From Nemertoderma westbladi (Eukaryota > Animalia > Xenacoelomorpha): a DNA stretch of 64,000 nt. Of this stretch, positions 10,795-22,964 are shown one piece after another. The position numbers and the translations under genes are program-made. Position 1 is the first letter of the stretch. Each line of letters begins with the position of its first letter. The notes under the pieces were generated by a model. The model did no database searches. It was not told the DNA's origin and saw nothing but the letters and a program-made list of their open reading frames with translations. The stretch covers positions 1 to 64,000 of the forward strand of contig JAUCBJ010002587.1 in NCBI GenBank assembly GCA_032718475.1, given 5' to 3'.

Positions 10795-12048
10795 CTGTTT
10801 TCTCTTCCAAGACACTGTATCTGGTACTACACTGTATCTGGTACTTTTTTATCTTCCAGGGCACTGTATCTGGTTTACTACACTGTATCTGGTACTACAC
10901 TGTATCTGCTGGTACTACACTGTATCTGGTACTTTTTTCTCTTCCAGGGCCCTGTATCTGTTACTATACTGTATCTGGTATTTTTTTCTCTTCCAGGCCC
11001 CTGTATCTGGTACTACACTGTATCTGGTACTTTTTTCTCTTCCAGGGCCCTGTATCTGGTACTACACTGTATCTGGTACTTTTTTCTCTTCCAGGGCCCT
11101 GTATCTGGTACTACACTGTATCTGGTACTGTTAGCTATGGCATTGTATCTTACTAGGTACTACAATGTGTCCGGTCTGTTTTCTCTTCCAGGGCCCTGTA
11201 TCTGGTACTACACTGTATCTGGTACTTTTTTCTCTTCCAGGGCCCTGTATCTGGTACTACACTGTATCTGGTACTGTTAGCTATGGCACTGTTATCTTAC
11301 TAGGTATTACAATGTGTCCGGTATGTTTTCTCTTCCAGGGCACTGTATCTGGTACTACATTGTATCCGGTATGTTTTCTCTTCCAGGGCACTGTATCTGG
11401 TACTTTTTTCTCTTCCAGGGCCCTGTGTCTGGTACTACACTGTATCTGGTACTGTTATCTCTTACATGGCACTGTATCTTACTAGGTACTACAATGTGTC
11501 CGGTCTGTTTTCTCTTCCAGGGCACTGTATCTGATGGTACTACATTGTATCCGGTATGTTTTCTCTTTCAGGGCACTGTATCTGGTACTACACTGTATCT
11601 GGTACTGTTAGCTATGGCACTGTATCTTACTAGGTACTACAATGTGTCCGGTCTGTTTTCTCTTCCAGGGCACTGTATCTGATGGTACTACATTGTATCC
11701 GGTATGTTTTCTCTTTCAGGGCACTGTATCTGATGGTACTACATTGTATCCGGTATGTTTTCTCTTTCAGGGCACTGTATCTGATGGTACTACATTGTAT
11801 CCGGTATGTTTTCTCTTTCAGGGCACTGTATCTGGTACTACACTGAATCCGGTACTGTTTTCTCTTACATGGCCCTGTATCTGGTACTACACTGTTTCCG
11901 GTCTGTTTTCTCTTCCAGGGCACTGTATCTGGTACTTTTTTCTCTTCCAAGACACTGTATCTGGTACTACACTGTATCTGGTACTGTTTTCTCTTACATG
12001 GCGCTATATCCGGACTATTTTCTCTTACAGGGTACTGTGTCCGGGACC
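10795..12048 (+). repeat. Complex minisatellite spanning the exon C splice acceptor
   Basis: Built from ttttctcttccag|ggc(a/c)ctgtatctggtact plus 18-bp acactgtatctggtact(ac) subunits; the last copy is the true acceptor plus the GTVSGT codons. Confidence 0.9.
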
Positions 12049-13144
12049 CTCCTGGTAACGCCCAACTCGGTTATGTTTGATCCCGACACCGCGGACCCCT
12101 CCGTTATCGAGAACGGTTGCGATACCTACGGTATTATAACTCCGATAAACCTCGTTGTTTCCGCCTCCTTATTCAGCGATTGCGGTCCTCTGATTGAGCG
12201 AAATTCGCCTCACCGAGCCAAAACTGAGCAGGATTGTTTGTACCACGGCGAGGGGGGTCGTAAGTCACCCACCTCCCCGGCAGTTCCTCTTGCCACAAAC
12301 ACCCAACCCTGCGAATCCATTCCAATGAGCAAAGAAGAAGATATCAGTGAGTCCATCGATATGAAACACCCCGAACTGATAGAAGGTGAGTCGGGAGACC
12401 GGCCTGGTAGCTTGCATGGCAGCCCGGTGGAGGGTAGAGACTGCCGCACTGACACGGTAGAGTGCGACGATAACGACCGCTTCGGGACATCATCGGAGTC
12501 GGCGGGGTGCGATCGAACTGATTTGCGGAGTGCGGACGATTCGGTTCCGGTGGACATTTCGGACTCTATCGTAGTCGTGGCTCGAGACTCAGAAACTGAC
12601 CGACGAACTATTTCCGGTGACTTCGAACTTGTATCCATGGATATCCCGAGCGAGAGGTCTCCAACAAAGACTAAAGAAGGTTTATTACCGAAGATGAAAC
12701 GGAGGATGAAGTCCCCGTTGTCTAAGAAACAACAACGCGTTGCCAAGGAAACCAGGGAGTCTTCTTTCACGTGTTACATCAGCGATTCCAGCAATGAAGA
12801 CGACGGCGGTGACGCTGTTTCCCCAGGTAGTAGCCCCAAACAGTGTGAAGGTGACGCGTCCTGCGTCCATTGTGCAGCCCCACTCATCCCGCCTATCGTC
12901 TCTATGACTACCGGCGACCCCGTGGTCCTCAATAACTTCATCGACTACTCCAGCGGGTTGTTCCGCTGCAGTCGGCGTCCCTCGGTCCCTGACATCTCCC
13001 AGGCCGCCTTCATTACCACCGAGTCTCAACGCGAGCTGTCCCGTCTGTCCCGTAAGCGTGGGAACCAGCTGCGTCCCCCCACCTGGAGGGAGAGTCTATC
13101 CGAGCACCCGTCCGTTTGGCAGTCCCTGTTCTGTAACTTGGAAG
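12031..13144 (+). CDS. OXR1: OXR1-family exon C (GRAM-like start plus long acidic/Ser-rich linker)
   Basis: tctcttacag|GGT; begins GTVSGTLLVTPNSVMFDP...DPSVIENGCDTYGIITP (OXR1 GTVSGVLLVTPNNIMFDP). Phase-1 donor GAAG|GTAGTC at 13145 chosen to match the next exon, so the 3' end is less certain. Confidence 0.85.
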
Positions 13145-13711
13145 GTAGTCGCACAACAGCTGTGTGGATTCCCATTGAGGTACCTTCCTGGTCTATTAAT
13201 TATGAAATAGTCGAAAGCATCTAGAGTCCTTCTTATAAAATTTACTTTCAGTTTAAAATTTTCCACTTTCTTTCAAAACAATGTAAGTTTAGTTTCTAAA
13301 TAAATATATTTTTTTATTGTAAATTCACAATTTCCAGGGTTACCTCTTTGGGAATGTACATGATGCATCACAATCGTTCGTGGCTTGTCATTTGGTTATG
13401 GGTTGCGTACTTACCGTTGCTTGTCATTCGATTTCTGATATTACCTTCTTTCTGAACCTAACTGTCCTAACATTTACTTCTCTTGCTCTGTGCATAATAG
13501 GATATACAATCTTTTAAGGTCGGAGGGTGGGTGTTGGGTAGGTTCAAAGCACACTGAGCTTCTCAAAAAAATTAAAGTGTAGGATAAAATTAAGTTGACT
13601 TTACTATATTGAATTTAACATAATTTAGCAACCAGACCTGTATTAATATAATACCCTCTTCTTTCTTCTATTAATTCTATTATTAAATATAACAATTTTA
13701 AGCATTCTTTC

Positions 13712-14190
13712 TAGCTAAAAGTTATGTTATGGGCGTTTTCCTTGTCGCTGTTTTCATTACAAACGTCAGTTTTCACTTTTATCGAAAACTATTATGTCTC
13801 TATTCTATGTCTGTCTGTCTGTCCGACGATCTGTCTGTCAAAATGTAAGGACAATATGCCACCTAGCTAAAACTTTTTTGCTGTGGTTTTCGGTCGCTGA
13901 TTTGATTTCCGACGTCAGTTTTCACTTTTAACCAAACCTACTATGTTTGAATGTCTGTCTATCGGTATTTCTGTCTGTCCAGCGTTCTGTCTGTCAAGGT
14001 AATAGGAATGCATACCAACTAGCTAAAAATTTTGTTGTGGGGGTTTTCATGGTGGGTGATTTCATTTCCGATGTCAGTTTTCGTGTTTTATGTCATCCAC
14101 ATTGTTGTCTGTTTCTCTGTTTAGCTGTCGGTTATATTTTGACGGACAGACAGACAGCAATAACAGACAGACATCTGTCAAATGATTAAA
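13712..14190. repeat. Three diverged ~155-bp direct repeats, part of a dispersed element
   Basis: tagctaaaa...gtcgctgatttgatttccgacgtcagttttcac...gtctgtctgtcaa at about 13712, 13864 and 14020; related sequence at about 17310-17495. Confidence 0.6.
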
Positions 14191-14909
14191 CGGGCTTTAG
14201 AAATGAAAACCCCCACCCCTCCCCCCCCCCCCCCCCCCCCCCTCCCTTAAATGCATTTTCTGAAGAATGCAAATTTTAAATTTCAGAATGCAAAGGGTTT
14301 TTCTTCAAAAGAACGGATTCATGTGAAATTTGGCATGAATGATTATTGGGTGATGCCTAACACCCCCTATTACCACTATTTTAATTTTCTTTGTTATAGC
14401 TGAAATATTTCACAAAATGTGTCAATTTTTGGTCAAAAATGGCTAAATATGTAAAAAACATGGCAAAGAATCGGTATTTTTAATTTCATTTTGAACAGAG
14501 GTAATAGATTCACGATGTCATTGTGCACTAATGATTAAATTTTTACTTGATGACCTATTCTATACGTACTGTACAGTACATGTGTGCCAAATGTCAATAA
14601 ATTTGGGTAAAACGACATCTAAACAAGAGAACGAAAATTGTTAGTTAATTAGGAACTCCCCTCCCTTAATCAAGTTATAAACGGAGATAAACAATTGCAA
14701 AAATAACAAAAGTTCTAAATTTTAGTTTCGAACTCAGCAAACTTTTATTTTATACCAAAAACGTACAAATTTATTGAAAAAGTCTGAGAGGAGAGTAAAT
14801 AATTTAATAAGCACAATCCGAGATAATTGCCTTTATATATTTAGATTTTTCGATATGATGGTTTTTCTGTTCGTTGATTTAATTTTCGATTGATTTGCGA
14901 CTTGATAGT

Positions 14910-15531
14910 TTCCAACCCAACTGTTTGTCTGTCCGGCTGTTGGGTATATTTTGACGGCTCCAACCCAACTAACTGTTTGTCTGTCCGGCTGTTAGGTATA
15001 TTTTGACGGCTCCAACCCAACTAACTGTTTGTCTGTCCGGCTGTTGGGTATATTTTGACGGCTCCAACCCAACTAACTGTTTGTCTGTCCGGCTGTTGGG
15101 TATATTTTGACGGCTCCAACCCAACTAACTGTTTGTCTGTCCGGCTGTTGGGTATATTTTGACGGCTCCAACCCAACTAACTGTTTGTCTGTCCGGCTGT
15201 TGGGTATATTTTGACGGCTCCAACCCAACTAACTGTTTGTCTGTCCGGCTGTTAGGTATATTTTGACGGCTCCAACCCAACTAACTGTTTGTCTGTCCGG
15301 CTGTTGGGTATATTTTGACGGCTCCAACCCAACTAACTGTTTGTCTGTCCGGCTGTTGGGTATATTTTGACGGCTCCAACCCAACTAACTGTTTGTCTGT
15401 CCGGCTGTTGGGTATATTTTGACGGCTCCAACCCAACTAACTGTTTGTCTGTCCGGCTGTTGGGTATATTTTGACGGCTCCAACCCAACTAACTGTTTGT
15501 CTGTCCGGCTGTTGGGTATATTTTGACGGCT
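14910..15531. repeat. 52-bp tandem array (~12 near-identical copies)
   Basis: Unit tccaacccaactaactgtttgtctgtccggctgttgggtatattttgacggc. Confidence 0.95.
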
Positions 15532-15997
15532 GACAGACATGCAGAGTATTATAATGTCCCTACTGGACTGAGCTTCTTATACTTATTTCCTGAGTAACCT
15601 TTTTTCCATATTATATTCTGTGTGGTAACGGTTTTCTTTATGCATCTGGATATTTAACTGACTGTTTATGCTGCTTTAGTATTATTTTAATACTAATGGC
15701 CTCCTATTAATTATAGGCAGGGGGGAGTGTTTAGCACTAATGTTACATAGTTCAGTTACTTAGGGGTTTCCTTATTTACATCTCTCTAATATTGATTTGG
15801 AGATAATAATAAAAGCAGCCTAATTAACTCTAATTAAACAGTTAATCGTCAGTTATTGTGGTTAACTTGTAGTTTTTGTAGATTATAATCTGCACTGCAT
15901 GTTACATTTATTTAGTATTATTAAGGAATTGAAACCGAAATTATTAAACACAATGTTCCGACATTATTATAAACGTTTTCTCTCTTACTTTGTCTAG

Positions 15998-16208
15998 AAT
16001 TACAACCTAAACACCGTATAACCCTGGGCGACGAACAACCCTTGTATCTATGCATCCGAGTAAACAAACCGATGGCCCAGACTTTCCGGAGCCTCCGGTC
16101 TGGCGACGACGGGACAGCGGTGGACGACGATGAGTCACCGTCTACGGTCTCCAACACCAAGGTCTCATCCCTCAACCACAGCTATTGGTTCGCTATTCCG
16201 CGCAACGA
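15998..16208 (+). CDS. OXR1: OXR1-family exon D
   Basis: tttgtctag|AA; encodes (E)LQPKHRITLGDEQPLYLCIRVNKP...SYWFAIPRN. PLYLCxR and YWFxIPR are conserved motifs of invertebrate OXR1/mustard. Donor GA|GTAAGT (phase 2). Absent from the ORF track. Confidence 0.88.
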
Positions 16209-17616
16209 GTAAGTTCTATATTGATACCGTTTATATTCCCGCTATATACTATATTGCTGGTGCCTACTAAATAGTTATAGATGTGCTTTACATTTACGCT
16301 AACAGTTAAATAAAGATGTGGTTAATTCTGCTTTTTGTCCGGCAGTAAGTCCGCATTCCTTATTTTCGTAGCCCTACGACTGATTGTGTTAAATATATAA
16401 GATTCGTTTAAAATTCTTTTTGTTCAACCTTATCTCTCCGATAACTGATGTTTACTCTAAATGATTGTATGTAACATGTGGAGCGAGCCTGTTATGCTAG
16501 TGCCAATTATCATGTAATGTAATGAATATCCCTGAAGCTTACATTGTGGTGTATGGAGAACACAGCGCGATATTGCTCATGTAAATCGATAAACAGCATT
16601 AGGTTGAATTGTTTCTCGCAGCAGAGCTATTTAACGTGTACTGGTAACAATTAAACCTACACTATTGCCAAGACTTGTGCTCAATAAAATACTTTAGCGT
16701 TAGTTATTTTATTTATTGCATTGTGAATTACTTTTTTCTATATAAAATGCATTTTATTTGAACAACTTTGTTCCGCAGCCGTGCTGGCATGTTTTTCACA
16801 ATGGTATAAAAACATAAAACTATAAAATATCAATAAATTGAAGTTTATATTACTTCAGTTGTGTAAAGTCATCGCTGGATCTAAAACACGAAACATAATA
16901 TTTATTTGAAGATTATTAATTACTTTATGTCATTTTACTAGTCGTAGCTACTCATTAAATAAATAGAACGCCCCAGAATAGAATTTATTACTGTACAAAG
17001 TTGACTGATTGAAGAGCAATAATCCCCATTTACCTAGGTAAATAATGCATATCTTATTTACCGCTGGCCCATCTACTGTGCGGTAAACAATGTAAATTTT
17101 AACAATTAAAATTAAAAAAAGAATTTTTTTCAAATATGTTCATTAGGTATGTTTCTTTTCATGATAAATTGATAAAATTGATAAATTGATAAAATTCACG
17201 TTTTGATAAAATGATATGTTTTGTATGTCTGTGTCAGTCTTATAATTATGTCTATCATATTTTCTGTCAAATTATTCAATGATTCTTAACTTTTGGGATG
17301 TTGGGCGGTTTAAATTATGGGGCTTTTCTGGGGGTCGCTGATATCACTTCTGATGTTAGTTTTCATGTTTGATGGATTCAAGACTGTTTGTATGTATTTC
17401 GGTCTGTCTGTCTGTCAAAAATATAAGGAAGTTTACTAACTGACTGAAATTTACGTTTTGGGTATATTCGTTGACGGTGATTTCATTTCCGATAATAATA
17501 GTAATTTTATAGTAATGTAAATAAATACAGCACAAGTAGGACTATAGGCTACAAATAATTAGCACATAATATCAATCATTAAGTTATTCATCATAATATC
17601 ATAAAGCCAGTATATA

Positions 17617-17862
17617 AACTGTAACTGTTACTAAACTGTACTTGATACTAAACTAAACTGTAACTGTTACTAAACTGTACTTGATACTAAACTAAACTGT
17701 AACTGTTACTAAACTGTACTTGATACTAAACTAAACTGTACTTGATACTAAACTGTACTTGATACTAAACTGTACTTGATACTAAACTGTACTTGATACT
17801 AAACTGTACTTGATACTAAACTGTACTTGATACTAAACTGTACTTGATACTAAACTAAACTG
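17617..17862. repeat. 17-bp minisatellite
   Basis: Unit aaactgtacttgatact with variants aaactgtaactgttact and extra aaact. Confidence 0.9.
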
Positions 17863-20800
17863 CCTTTGTTTGTGTATATATATCTCTTAAATCTCTTATA
17901 TAATCTTTTTGTGGATTTAAACAAATATTTTATTAACGACACCGTAGTTGCTTTACCAATGGAGGTATTATTAGCTGAAGTACTACTCTCATTATTCTAG
18001 TCTTAGTATTAGTCTAGTTTTCTCACAAAACATGTTGTGGGACCTTCACACATCACTAGAGCTCAAATAAGAAAATGTATTAATCTCCATTAGATATACG
18101 AAAACCGCCTTTCCAAAAATACCAATGAGTGCATGGTTCAGTTTGCCCTTGCAAGCGTTAACTGGTTCAGTTTGCCCTTGCAAGCGTTAACTTGTTAACG
18201 CTACTAACTAGTTCGCCCTCTAGCAGCTAACTTTATAAGTAAATATGGAGCAGCGTACCTCAAAGACGCAGCGAATAATTTATTATATAACATACATAAT
18301 TTATTATATGCCAAGTTTCAGCTTAAACAGATTGAAGTCAAAGAGAAGGGAGAAGGTTTTAACCTTCAAACATTTCGCCCTCTAGCGGCAGACCGGATAA
18401 TTGTGGCGGATCAGTCTTCTGCATCTGATGCAGCTGATGGTCTAGTACTTATCTGCCAAGTTTCAGGTTGAACGGATTAAAAGCAATGAAATGTAAGGAG
18501 TAAGGACAGTTATTCTTTAGGCATGTAACCCCCGACCGACAGGCGATAAATAAGCTTTCAAATATTAGACCAACAGACACGAGATAGTGGTACCTGTATG
18601 CTAAGTTTGCTTTCTTTCGTGGCTCGCCCCACAGTAAATTGTATTACAACCACCCCCCCCCCCCCCCCCCTCCCCCCCCCCCGTAACGAACTACAGTATC
18701 TATTTTCTTTAAATATGCTATTTTTATTTGGTATGAAATATCAGAAAATAGTGAAGAATAGGTCTACTGTTGTAACTGTGGTTACACTAGACCTATTGGG
18801 AAATAATATGGATAAAGGGCAGATTTTCAACACACTGACTTTTAAAATGTATGCCATAATCATAAAGTTTAAAAAAAACTGGGGCTGGATACACTATATC
18901 AGTATAATTATACCGTTACATAAGTCGATTTTTCGTTACATGAAGGACAGTTTGTTACATGAAGGACACTCTTTTTAACCAGGTACATTTTTCTTTTCAT
19001 GTTTCTAAAAGAGCTTGGTCACTACCACCATTGCGTTCGTCTCAGAAAGACATTTCAAATTATATAGTTTTAGTTTTCAATATATCTGAGAACTTTATTT
19101 TTCGTCAAAAAACAACCACGGTTTGGGCACTTTTAGTGAGATTGACCCATATATATTTATATTTAGAAGCCTTCGGCCGTGGACGACGATTCGCGGTCTT
19201 TGGAAATGCAAGCTGCAATGAACAAAAGTTAATAAGATTAAGAATAAATTAGGCCTACCTATGTTGGTCTTCTTTCTACATTTGGGTGGACCACTGTCGG
19301 TTGTAGTTTGTAGTGTTAACACATTCCTTGCACTAATGTCAGAAGTTCAAGACAGAATCGACAATCCCTCTGCAGAGAAAAATTATCGCTAATAGCAGCT
19401 GATTTCGAGCAAAAGTTAATTAAAAAATAAATATTAATTAATACATTTTGTTTAAAGAATAACGTGCCACTGTAACCTGCTCCTTCCCCTTAATTGATTA
19501 TTAACGTTAAATCGTGAAGATGAGATGGCCTAGCACCAGTGTCAGTTTGTACTTCAAAAACATTTTCCAAAAAAACTAAACATAGTAAAATAATCAGTAG
19601 GACCATTGTGATAATTATTTAAATTTCGCCGCGGTTACAACCACCAACCAATATGCAACTCTGTTTCGCAAGTTCCATGTAAATTCATCAATGTTTGGTT
19701 GCGAAATAGCAATAAATCTACCTCCATAATGAGAAAAGTCACTTTTCTCAAGACCGTTCGTTATCCTATATTGTAATTTGTGACGGCTGGTCTCCTATAC
19801 CTAGTACTATAATAATATATGAGGCAGCTCGAATGAAATCTCTGGCAAAGTTACCATTATTATAGTTATTGTATTTTATTTGTTTATATGAAAGACGTTT
19901 GTTTCTGTTGCATTGAAATTAACCTAGATGTAATTTAGGTGGAAAATGTTGTTGGAAAACTTTAATTTCTATTGATTTTGTGTTATTAGTCTCTACAAAG
20001 ACTCTGCGCCACGACTTTTTAGTGAACGTAAGCTTGCTAGACTTCTTGACGTAGAGTTTTATCGTTCGAGTCACACCATTGATATTAATTAATTTAACAG
20101 CTTGTATTATAGCTAGCACGTCTTCTTTATCCATCAAACGTTAAATTATATTGCCCATTGTTTTCTTTCGTACGGATTTATAATAATTAATTATTCTCGA
20201 CAAATACTAATAATAAACTCATAATCTTATAACGTGTAACATTATGTGTTCCGGGCGGGACATGGGTAGCGAATGTGATTGGTTGTGATTGTCAATCTGT
20301 TTGTCATTGAATTTGTAATGCAGTATTTTGGGAATATTTACTGGAGTTGCACATGGTGTGGTTATATAGTAAACAAAGTAATATTAATGAGAGTGTGAAA
20401 TCCTGTTGTAGATAGACAACACAAGACGACCTTCTTTATCTAAAACTTATCCTTTGCAAATATTCATAGTTCCTTCACTCTAGTTATACTTTGACTTAGA
20501 ATCTGCACTGCACTAAATTTCCTGGTTTTCATTTGGAAAACAATAAGGGGACTTAAACGCTGTTGGATTGATATTGAATGTTGTTTTAGTTAAATATTGG
20601 TCACTATTATAGTTAAATAGATTTTCCCTTATAAATAGTATTTAATGCCAATAATGTTGGAGATATTTTTTCTTACGATTGCCATTATCTATGATTTTCC
20701 GAATAGATTTAATATTATAATAATTAATTGTATCTACAATAATAATTAATACATAATAGATCCGTCTCGACCTCGGATTAACAAACCATTTATCCGGAAG

Positions 20801-21411
20801 TGTCAGTCATTACTTAAACGTTTAATTAATTGTTGGGCTTTATCGGTAGAAGGAGCGCTGGCGAAGATTCAAACCCAAATATTTTATACAATCCAGGGTA
20901 TATCAAGCATAAAAACTGAGCCAACAACCAATAAATATTTATTTATAGAATAAAAGTAATACCATTAACAATACGTAATAATATTGTGCAATAATATTTA
21001 TCGCTTTAATATTGTATTGTGGCGGTAGTACTGCCTTAATTTACGATATTATTGTTGGGGTGAGATCTAAATACAGTAGTTTTGTACTTCGTGTTATAAA
21101 ATTAAATGCCTCAGTCACGTTTTTATCTGATGTGGGGCGAGGGGCGGGGCGAGCCACGTGGGTGGGTCACTAATATTATTGGAAATAGTTTCCGAAGTCG
21201 TTGTTGTTGTTATGACGCGCGATCTCTCATAACGCGTCTCGGTGTATTTTTAAACGCCCGTGGATGACAGACCGACTGTCGGGTTTAACGAATTATTGGT
21301 CACTGACAATGACATTAAACAACAGGATAATTAATTCACACTTCCACCATAAACCCGCTCTTTTAGCTATAGTTTGCGTACAATTCGATTAACGGATTCA
21401 ACAACTAAGGT

Positions 21412-21751
21412 CCGTGTTCCACTGGCAGCACATGGGTCGTATGTCATTGGTCGTTTTCAGATGTTGTCTGAGTCCGTATGTCAAAAGTATAGCTCCCGTG
21501 CTCCATTGGTAATTCATTTCTTAAAAAATATAAGATGCGTCTCACATCTTTTCTCTATACCCTATTTTCTGGCTTGCTGCTACCCAAAGTAACCAATCAC
21601 AGGCCTCTTGCCGGATATAACACATGGGTCGTATGTCAAGTGGGACATAAAAACGACTTATGACATACCAGTGGAGACGCTCCAATTGAAACCAATATGC
21701 GTTCCATTATTTATTTCGACTTATGACATACGACTTACCAGTGGAGCACGG
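21412..21751. mobile_element. MITE-like inverted-repeat element
   Basis: ccgtgttccactgg...gtcgtatgtcat at left versus atgacatacgacttaccagtggagcacgg at right, with internal copies of gtcgtatgtca. Confidence 0.55.
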
Positions 21752-22964
21752 GAGGACATATTTCGAAATGTGTATAATGTGTAATTTTTACGCGTTTAGA
21801 CTACCTCAGCTTCGCATAAACATTGTCGACGACGCTCAGTATATTTATCATGCGCTAAACCATTCAAATGAACAAAATATCTAAGAACTTCGATCATACG
21901 TGTCTTAATTTTCAATCACACCTGAATTTATCCCTGAACTCAGCAAAGTAGTGCGCATAACAGGTTGGCGTTGGTACTGTAGTAGCACCCTTGGTGTAAC
22001 CAACGCCAATATTATGCCCCTGCTGTTTCGTTGTGAAGAATACAAGTTTTAACTTTTCGGTCGGAATTTTATCGAAAATTTATATTAAGAATTTGTATTT
22101 TTTTGATCTTCTCCCTTGTAAGTGTTTTATCGTGTTTATATTCATTCATTTAATTTATTAACTTAGGTTACTGTTTGATTTCATTATTATGCAACTGTAG
22201 CCAATGACTTATTAATAGCCCTTCTGTGTCATGCAGCTGTTCATTATCTTACTCAATAACTATTGAATTAATTAAGGCCAAATATTTCAGAACAAGCAAT
22301 ATCATTTAGCCCTTTTTCAATTTCAACTGTTCAATACAATACATTGTAGAGCAGCTGCAGTAGTTATCATAATTGGTGGCAATATAATTAGTTCTACTGT
22401 AGGTTTTATTTACTATTATGGTTTTAAGTTTTATAAATTGTTTTGTATTTTACTGAAGACCTCATAGGAGGATTATATTATTATTATCGTTTGTTAATGG
22501 CTCAACGCTACGTGTCTCTTCCTAAACCCCGGATTTAAAAGTTAACGGAAAGGCTTTAATAAATGTTACGAACAATTTATCGGAAATAGGAAAAACAAAT
22601 AGCTGTAACTCGAAAGCAAATAAGATAAACTGTGGTTTGTAGCGTATATATTGAGTAGATCATACACAATTAACTTACATCGTGTTTCAACGACAACATC
22701 TTGTATATTTTTCTACATAAATTATTCTAATTATAATTGTTATATCGTATGTAATTTGCAGTTAATATTTTTATTTTTACAAATATTTAGTTTTGATACA
22801 TTGTAAATGTATTATTTTATTAAAAATATATCAAATATTGATGCATGACTTTGACGCATTCACATATTGGCGTCATGTTAAAGAAACATGGAAATAAGTG
22901 ACGATCGAGTAAAGATGTGGGTTCTTTAGTATTATTATTATTATTTTACTTACATTATTATAGT

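Noticed and set aside
3469-13029. Antisense ORFs over ABCE1, murD and OXR1 exon C
   Set aside because: They are shadow frames of real coding sequence with no independent motifs.
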